A stretch of DNA of 64,000 bases from an uncultured Pleurocapsa sp. (GTDB taxonomy: Bacteria > Chloroflexota > Anaerolineae > Aggregatilineales > Phototrophicaceae), in contig CAZZJW010000003.1 in assembly GCA_964654755.1 (NCBI GenBank), positions 19,719 to 83,718 on the forward strand, in the 5' to 3' direction. A program made the translations under genes and the position numbers. Each line of letters opens with the position of its first letter. The first letter of the stretch is position 1. Below, in pieces: positions 59,091 through 64,000 of this stretch. The notes under the pieces were generated by a model that searched no databases, was not told the DNA's origin, and was given only the letters and a program-made list of their open reading frames with translations.

Positions 59091-60073
59091 TGACGATGCT
59101 GGCCGGGCTGGTTGAGCACTTTCGCCGCCTGCGGGTGGTGGTGGTGGGCGATGTCATCCTTGACGAGTACCTGATCGGGCGCGCGGTGCGCCTCAGCCGT
59201 GAAGCGCCCGTGCCCGTGCTGGAGTTTGAGCAGCGCCAGCTCATCCCCGGCGGCGCGGCCAACCCGGCGGTCAACACCGCGGCGCTGGGCGCGCAGACCA
59301 CGCAGGTCGGGCTGATCGGCGCGGATGCCGAGGGCGAGGCGCTGGAGGAGGCGCTGCGCGGGCGCGGCGTCACGCCCCGGCTGATCGTCGATGGCGGGCG
59401 CGGCACGACGGTCAAGACGCGGGTGCTGGCGCATATGGGCCTGCGTTTTCCGCAGCAGGTGGCGCGGCTGGACCGGCTGTCTCGCGCGCCGCTGGACGAC
59501 GCGAGCAGCGCGGCGGTGGGGGCGGCGCTGGAGCAGGCAGGGCGTGGCGCGGATGTCGTGCTGTATTCCGACTATCAGCTCGGGCTGATCACGCCGGCGC
59601 TGGCTGCGCTGCCGTTCACCGGGCTGCGTGTGGCAGACTCGCAGGGCAGCTTCGAGAAGTACAGCGGCTTTGACGCGGTGAAGTGCAACGCAGATGAAGC
59701 CTCGGCCTGGCTGGGAGTGCGGCTGGAGGGCGATGCTGCGTTCGCCGGCGCGGCGCAGGCGCTGTTCGCGCAACTGAAGCTGCGGCGGTGCATGGTGATC
59801 ACGCGCGGGGCGGATGGCGCGACGGTCGCCGATGCCGGGGGCGCGGCGCACTGCCCGGCCCCGGCCACCAGCGAAGTGTACGATACCGTGGGCGCGGGCG
59901 ATACCGCCGTGGCGGTGCTGGCGCTGGCGCTGGCCGCGGGCGCGGTGCCCGCCGATGCCGTGCGTATGGCGAACGCGGCCAGCGGACTGGTGGTGCGCCG
60001 GGTGGGCAACTATGCACCCAGCGTGGATGAGCTCAGCGCGGCGCTGGCCGCTGCAGAATCCGATAGGCGTTGA
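59090..60073 (+). CDS. PfkB-family sugar kinase resembling HldE/RfaE domain I (heptose-7-phosphate kinase)
   Basis: RVVVVGDVILDEYLIGRAVRLSREAPVPVLE (RfaE-like N-terminus) and DTVGAGDT (PfkB signature). No adenylyltransferase domain. The ATG shares 1 nt with the upstream TGA. Confidence 0.75.
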   Translation: MTMLAGLVEHFRRLRVVVVGDVILDEYLIGRAVRLSREAPVPVLEFEQRQLIPGGAANPAVNTAALGAQTTQVGLIGADAEGEALEEALRGRGVTPRLIVDGGRGTTVKTRVLAHMGLRFPQQVARLDRLSRAPLDDASSAAVGAALEQAGRGADVVLYSDYQLGLITPALAALPFTGLRVADSQGSFEKYSGFDAVKCNADEASAWLGVRLEGDAAFAGAAQALFAQLKLRRCMVITRGADGATVADAGGAAHCPAPATSEVYDTVGAGDTAVAVLALALAAGAVPADAVRMANAASGLVVRRVGNYAPSVDELSAALAAAESDRR

Positions 60074-60749
60074 CCGCGCCCGAAAAGCCGTCTGCGCGGT
60101 AGGCGCGCAGCATGTTCAGCCCGGTCGCCGCGCACAGCGCCTCGATCTCCGCATCGTCGGCATGGTGGCAGTAGCGCAGCGCATGCGTCCCTGCGCGCCA
60201 GTCCAGCAGCGCGTCTCCCGGCTCAGGCGTCATGTCTGCGGGGAAGGGGACCATGCGCTGGCGGAAGCGCTCGTACTCGCCGAAGCGCCAGCAGGCGAAG
60301 CACAGCAGGCCTCCGGGCGCGACGCAGGCCGCCGCCCGCTCCATGAGCGCGAGGCGCCGCTGCAGGCCGGGGATGTGATGCAGCAGGCCGAACAGCGCGA
60401 CCAGGCCGAAGGTGCGGCTGGGCAGCGGGGCGCTGAGCACATCGGCCTGCTGCAGCGTGAGCGACAGGCCGGGCAGGCTGGCGCAGCGTTCGCGCGCATG
60501 GGCCAGCAGGCCAGCATCCGAGTCGATGCCGTGGAAAGTCAGCTCGCCACCCAGCGCGGGATGCAGAAAGCGCGCCAGTCGGCCGTTGCCGCAGCCGATA
60601 TCGAGCACGCTCAGCGGCGGGTGCAGCAGGGGCAGCAGGCCGGACCAGCCCGGCCACGGCTGACCGCGCGTGGCATCGAAGGCCTCGCCGGCGCTGCGGT
60701 AGAATGCCTGATTGAGCGCGTTCAGACGCGCCGCTGTTTCATCGTCCAT
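60033..60749 (-). CDS. class I SAM-dependent methyltransferase, Trm9/ALKBH8-MT-like
   Basis: SAM motif I VLDIGCGNG. Trm9-like blocks FDATRGQPWP (compare HFSxTRxxPWP), LLHHI...RR, CFACW, LRYCHHADDAEIEALC (compare RYYHxFxxGEL). The 3' end overlaps the convergent kinase gene by 41 nt. Confidence 0.7.
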   Translation of the reverse strand: MDDETAARLNALNQAFYRSAGEAFDATRGQPWPGWSGLLPLLHPPLSVLDIGCGNGRLARFLHPALGGELTFHGIDSDAGLLAHARERCASLPGLSLTLQQADVLSAPLPSRTFGLVALFGLLHHIPGLQRRLALMERAAACVAPGGLLCFACWRFGEYERFRQRMVPFPADMTPEPGDALLDWRAGTHALRYCHHADDAEIEALCAATGLNMLRAYRADGFSGAVNAYRILQRPAPR

Positions 60750-60762
60750 CCGGGAGCCGGGC

Positions 60763-61587
60763 ATGATGCAGTTCGCCATCAACTATTCACCGCAGGCCGC
60801 CGCGCTGCTGCAGCGTGGAGAGATTGTAATCGACCGCTTCAAGTGCCCCAACTGGGACTGGCTGATCGCAGAGGCGCGCCAGTTCCTGCAGGTGTACGTG
60901 CACTTCGATCTGATCGCCGGCAACGGCTCGGTGCGGCAGTGCGACTGGGCGGCGGTGGAACGCCAGCTTGCGCAGACCGGGACGCATTACGTCAATTTGC
61001 ACCCGGACGTGCGCCTGCGCGATTTCGGCTTCAGCGCACAGCCGGAGCGCCGTGCGGAGATCGAGCGCGTGGCCGAGCAGGTGCTGGCAGACCTCGCCTG
61101 GGTGTCTGCGCGGGTGGGCGCGGAGCGCGTGCTGCTGGAGAATCTGCCGTTTCGCGAGAACGCGCGCAACCCTGCCGCCAGTATGGTGCGCGCGCTGAGC
61201 GACCCGGCAGAGCTGAGTCGCATCATCAGCGCGGCGCGGGTGGGCCTGCTGCTCGACCTGTCGCACGCGGCCCTCAGCGCGCCAGCGTTTGGGCTGAGTG
61301 AGGACGCCTACATCGATGCGCTGCCGCTGGCACGGGTGGGCGAGGTGCATGTCACCGGCATCGGCCTGGTGGAGGGCGAACGGCGCGATCACCTGCCGAT
61401 GACTGCGCCGGACTGGACGCGCTTCGCGGGCTTCATCCAGCGCCTGCGCGCCGGGGCGATGGGGCGCCCAGCGATCGTCGCCTTCGAGTACGGCGGTGTG
61501 GGCGAGAAGTTCGCCTGGCGCAGCGACTCAGAAGTCATCCGCCGGGATGGGCAAAAGTTGTATTACGGAGTTCACAGCGCGCTATAA
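60763..61587 (+). CDS. DUF692/MbnB-like TIM-barrel protein (multinuclear non-haem iron oxidase, MNIO family)
   Basis: 274 aa. The ordered candidate metal ligands match the MbnB pattern recalled from memory: H47 (YVHFD), H80 (NLHPD), E126 (LLENLP), D165/H168 (LLDLSHA), H196 (EVHVTG), D209/H210 (RRDHLPM), E242 (AFEYGG). The N-terminus MQFAINYS...IDRFK resembles MQIGFNFT...IDYVE of MbnB. Confidence 0.6.
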   Translation: MMQFAINYSPQAAALLQRGEIVIDRFKCPNWDWLIAEARQFLQVYVHFDLIAGNGSVRQCDWAAVERQLAQTGTHYVNLHPDVRLRDFGFSAQPERRAEIERVAEQVLADLAWVSARVGAERVLLENLPFRENARNPAASMVRALSDPAELSRIISAARVGLLLDLSHAALSAPAFGLSEDAYIDALPLARVGEVHVTGIGLVEGERRDHLPMTAPDWTRFAGFIQRLRAGAMGRPAIVAFEYGGVGEKFAWRSDSEVIRRDGQKLYYGVHSAL

Positions 61588-61663
61588 TCCAAAAATCGTA
61601 TATTGGGCGGGTGTCAGCGTGCGGTTGCGCGCGCCCCGCCGCACAGTTGATGGGGACGCTCTC

Positions 61664-63031
61664 ATGCGAAGCCTGTGGCAGGACCGGGGTGGGCGCATCT
61701 TCTTGCTGGTGTGGTTCGGGCAGCTCATCTCACTGGTGGGCTCGCAGCTCACGTCGTTCGGCCTGGGCGTGTGGGTGTATCAGCAGACGGGCTCAGTCAC
61801 CGACTTTGCGCTGATCCTGGTGGCGGCGGTGCTGCCGACGATCGTGCTTTCTCCTTTCGCCGGGGCGGTGGCGGACCGATACGACCGCCGCCGGGTGATG
61901 ATCGTGGCCGACAGCGCGGCGGCGCTCTCCACGCTGAGCGTGGCGCTGCTGTACAGCACGGGCAGCCTGCAGATCTGGCATATCTATCTGGCAGCGCTGG
62001 TGAACTCGAGCGCAACCGCCTTTCAGATGCCGGCTTACAGCGCGTCGATTTCGCTGCTGGTGCCCAGCGAGCAGTACGGGCGTGCCGCCGGCCTGGGCAG
62101 CCTGTCCGAGTCGCTTTCGCTGATCTTCGGCCCGCTGCTGGCGGGGGCGCTGATCGGGGTGATCGGCCTGAGCGGAATCATCGCGCTGGACGTGCTGACG
62201 TTTGTCTTTGCGGTGACGGTGGTGCTGCTGGTGCGCTTCCCCGCCGTGCCGCGCGCGGAGGGCGCTTCGGGAGAGGCCCCACCCTCGTTCTGGAGTGAGG
62301 TGCTGGCGGGCTGGAAGTACCTGACCAGCAACCGGCCGCTGCTGCTGCTCATCCTCTTCTTCGCCGCCAGCAATCTGGCCGGCGCGCTGGTCTCTGTGCT
62401 GCTGACGCCGCTGGTGCTTTCATATGCCAGCCCGATTGAGCTCGGCATCGTCAATGGCGCGTTCGGGCTGGGCATGCTGATCGGCAGCGTGCTGATGGTG
62501 ACGTGGGGCGGGCCGACCCGCCGCGTTCGGGCGATGCTGCTGCTGTCGCTGGTCAACGGAGTCGTCTTCATGCTGATCGGCGGGCTGCCCAGTGTGCCGG
62601 TGGCCGCGCTGGCGATCACGCTGTCGATGATCGGCGTGCCGATCCTCAACGGCGCGTTCAGCGTGCTGATCCGCATGAAAGTGCCGCCGGAACTGCAGGG
62701 GCGGGTGTTCTCGGCGATCATGATGCTGGCGATGAGCGCGGTGCCAGTCGCCAGCCTGCTGGCAGGGCCGCTGGCGGACCGCGTGTTTGAGCCGCTGATG
62801 GCGGCAGGCGGAGGCCTGGCAGGCAGCCTCGGCGGGCTGATCGGCGTGGGCGATGGGCGCGGGATCGGCCTGATGCTGATCCTGAACGGCCTGTTCCTGA
62901 TCGCGGTGACGGGCATCGCTGCGCTGACGCCGACGCTGCGGCAGGTGGAGCACCTGCTGCCGGATTACGAGATGCCCGACGCGCCGCCTGAGGCTGCCGA
63001 GCCAGCGATGGAGCCCGGGGCAGCCGCCTGA
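61664..63031 (+). CDS. MFS transporter (EntS/MFS_3-like exporter)
   Basis: 12-TM MFS pattern. FGQLISLVGSQLTSFGLGVW, FAGAVADRYDRRRVMI. ATG 61664. Confidence 0.85.
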   Translation: MRSLWQDRGGRIFLLVWFGQLISLVGSQLTSFGLGVWVYQQTGSVTDFALILVAAVLPTIVLSPFAGAVADRYDRRRVMIVADSAAALSTLSVALLYSTGSLQIWHIYLAALVNSSATAFQMPAYSASISLLVPSEQYGRAAGLGSLSESLSLIFGPLLAGALIGVIGLSGIIALDVLTFVFAVTVVLLVRFPAVPRAEGASGEAPPSFWSEVLAGWKYLTSNRPLLLLILFFAASNLAGALVSVLLTPLVLSYASPIELGIVNGAFGLGMLIGSVLMVTWGGPTRRVRAMLLLSLVNGVVFMLIGGLPSVPVAALAITLSMIGVPILNGAFSVLIRMKVPPELQGRVFSAIMMLAMSAVPVASLLAGPLADRVFEPLMAAGGGLAGSLGGLIGVGDGRGIGLMLILNGLFLIAVTGIAALTPTLRQVEHLLPDYEMPDAPPEAAEPAMEPGAAA

Positions 63032-63041
63032 CGCAGCGCGG

Positions 63042-63914
63042 CTACTTGTCCCGCGTGAGCGCGAAGCCGCTCATGAACTGCTTCTGCAGCAGCACGAACA
63101 CGATCATCGGCGGCAGGCTGGCGACGACCGCGCCCAGCATGAGTGGGCCGAAGCTCGTGCCGATATCCCCGCCCAGCAGCGAGCGCAGCCCGACCTGCAC
63201 CATCTGCCGGTCCGGGCCCTGCATGATCAGCACCGGCCACAGATACATATTCCACACGTAGACGAACTGGATCACGGCCAGCGCGCCGATGGTATTCCAG
63301 CTCATCGGAACCAGCACGCGGAACAGGAACTGCAGCGGCGTGGCCCCGTCCAGCTGCGCCGCCTCGGAATACTCCGCAGGGATGTTGGCGAAGTGCTGGC
63401 GAAAGAGAAACGCGCCCGTGGCGCTGGCGATGAAGGGCACGATCAGCGCCGCGAAGGTGTTGCCCCAGCCGAGCGCGTTGACGAAACGGAAGAGCGCGAT
63501 CACCAGGATCTCGGTGGGCATCATCAGCGTGATGAGCACAAAGAAGAACAGCAGCCACTTGCCCGGAAAGCGGAAGTAGATGAAGGCCAGCCCGGCCAGC
63601 AGCGAGAGCACGGTCTTGCCGATGGTGACGGCGACTGCCACGAACACGCTGTTGACCATGTAGCCGGCCAGCCGGTTCTGGTTCATCACCACATTCCAGT
63701 TGTCGCTGAAGGACATGCCGGGCACGAACTGGTAGTTGTAGACCTGCGTGTTGGTCTGCGTGCTGACGATGATGGCGTAGAACAGCGGAAAGCCGATGAT
63801 GGCGCACGTGACGATCAGGAAGAGGTGCGCCCACCACCGCCTGGGGAGGAGCGAGGGGCGGTCGGTGCGGGCGGCCTGCGCTGCGGCGGTATGGGAAAGT
63901 TCGCGTGTGGCCAT
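63042..63914 (-). CDS. carbohydrate ABC transporter permease (MalG/UgpE type)
   Basis: EAA loop EYSEAAQLDGATPLQFLFRVLVP. Six TM segments. Confidence 0.9.
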   Translation of the reverse strand: MATRELSHTAAAQAARTDRPSLLPRRWWAHLFLIVTCAIIGFPLFYAIIVSTQTNTQVYNYQFVPGMSFSDNWNVVMNQNRLAGYMVNSVFVAVAVTIGKTVLSLLAGLAFIYFRFPGKWLLFFFVLITLMMPTEILVIALFRFVNALGWGNTFAALIVPFIASATGAFLFRQHFANIPAEYSEAAQLDGATPLQFLFRVLVPMSWNTIGALAVIQFVYVWNMYLWPVLIMQGPDRQMVQVGLRSLLGGDIGTSFGPLMLGAVVASLPPMIVFVLLQKQFMSGFALTRDK

Positions 63915-63919
63915 GAGTC

Positions 63920-64000
63920 TCAGGCTCCGTAGGTGACGCGCCGGGCGGTGGTGCGGAACTGCAGCACGGTGAAGCCGATCACCAGCACGAACAGCACGAT
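63920..64000 (-). CDS. carbohydrate ABC transporter permease (MalF/UgpA type), 3' end only
   Basis: The reverse complement reads IVLFVLVIGFTVLQFRTTARRVTYGA-stop, ending 5 nt before the next permease ATG. The gene continues beyond the window edge. Confidence 0.55.
   Translation of the reverse strand: MVLFVLVIGFTVLQFRTTARRVTYGA

Noticed and set aside
61611-61814. Cys-rich 67-aa ORF (MSACGCARP…SCEACG…SSCWCGSGS…) just downstream of the MNIO gene as a possible RiPP precursor
   Set aside because: It is an alternative frame of the 5' end of the MFS transporter gene, whose own frame shows clear MFS motifs from ATG 61664. TGC-rich off-frames are expected at this GC content. It has no Shine-Dalgarno sequence and no leader/core organisation. 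It is worth one tBLASTn check, but I do not call it.

Overview
This is a 64-kb, very GC-rich chromosomal segment (GC3-dominated by eye; composition not computed). It is densely packed with about 60 protein-coding genes and three tRNAs (Pro-CGG, Arg-CCU, Cys-GCA). I saw no rRNA, CRISPR array, transposase, integrase or phage genes. Gene content includes RNase Y, a YabN-type methylase-MazG fusion, Lgt, a LysM-YkuD L,D-transpeptidase, many soluble histidine kinases, WD40/TPR/STAND proteins and a bacterial Elp3. This points to a Terrabacteria lineage, most plausibly Chloroflexota (inference only). Recognisable housekeeping genes are lon, hsp20, serS, lysS, greA, nth, a CobB-type sirtuin, recX, rny, cspA and lgt. 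There are also two ABC-2 exporters, three tandem M42 aminopeptidases and two cell-envelope glycan clusters. All three tRNAs and several genes carry near-consensus TTGnnn-17-TAnnnT promoters, and I used that pattern to find further transcription units. The most interesting observations are as follows. (1) A eukaryote/archaea-style wobble-uridine toolkit: an Elp3 radical-SAM/GNAT gene directly downstream of a Trm112-like gene and a WD40 gene, plus a Trm9/ALKBH8-like methyltransferase 20 kb away. (2) That methyltransferase sits head-to-head (13 bp between start codons) with a DUF692/MbnB-like multinuclear iron oxidase (MNIO). The oxidase has no visible precursor peptide or partner protein and is followed by an EntS-type MFS exporter. 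(3) A consensus promoter plus intrinsic terminator define a roughly 100-nt leader or sRNA upstream of an S9 peptidase, with mutually exclusive GCCCCG/CGGGGC pairings (riboswitch or attenuator candidate). (4) There is a GT9-GT26 fusion glycosyltransferase with a stand-alone heptose-kinase-like gene, and an ABC-2 permease-SpoIIM fusion. (5) A 58-aa membrane ORF, below the ORF-track cutoff, overlaps the serS start. (6) The greA leader carries a GraL-like terminator. Many long ORFs in the six-frame track are antisense or alternative-frame shadows typical of high-GC DNA and were not called.
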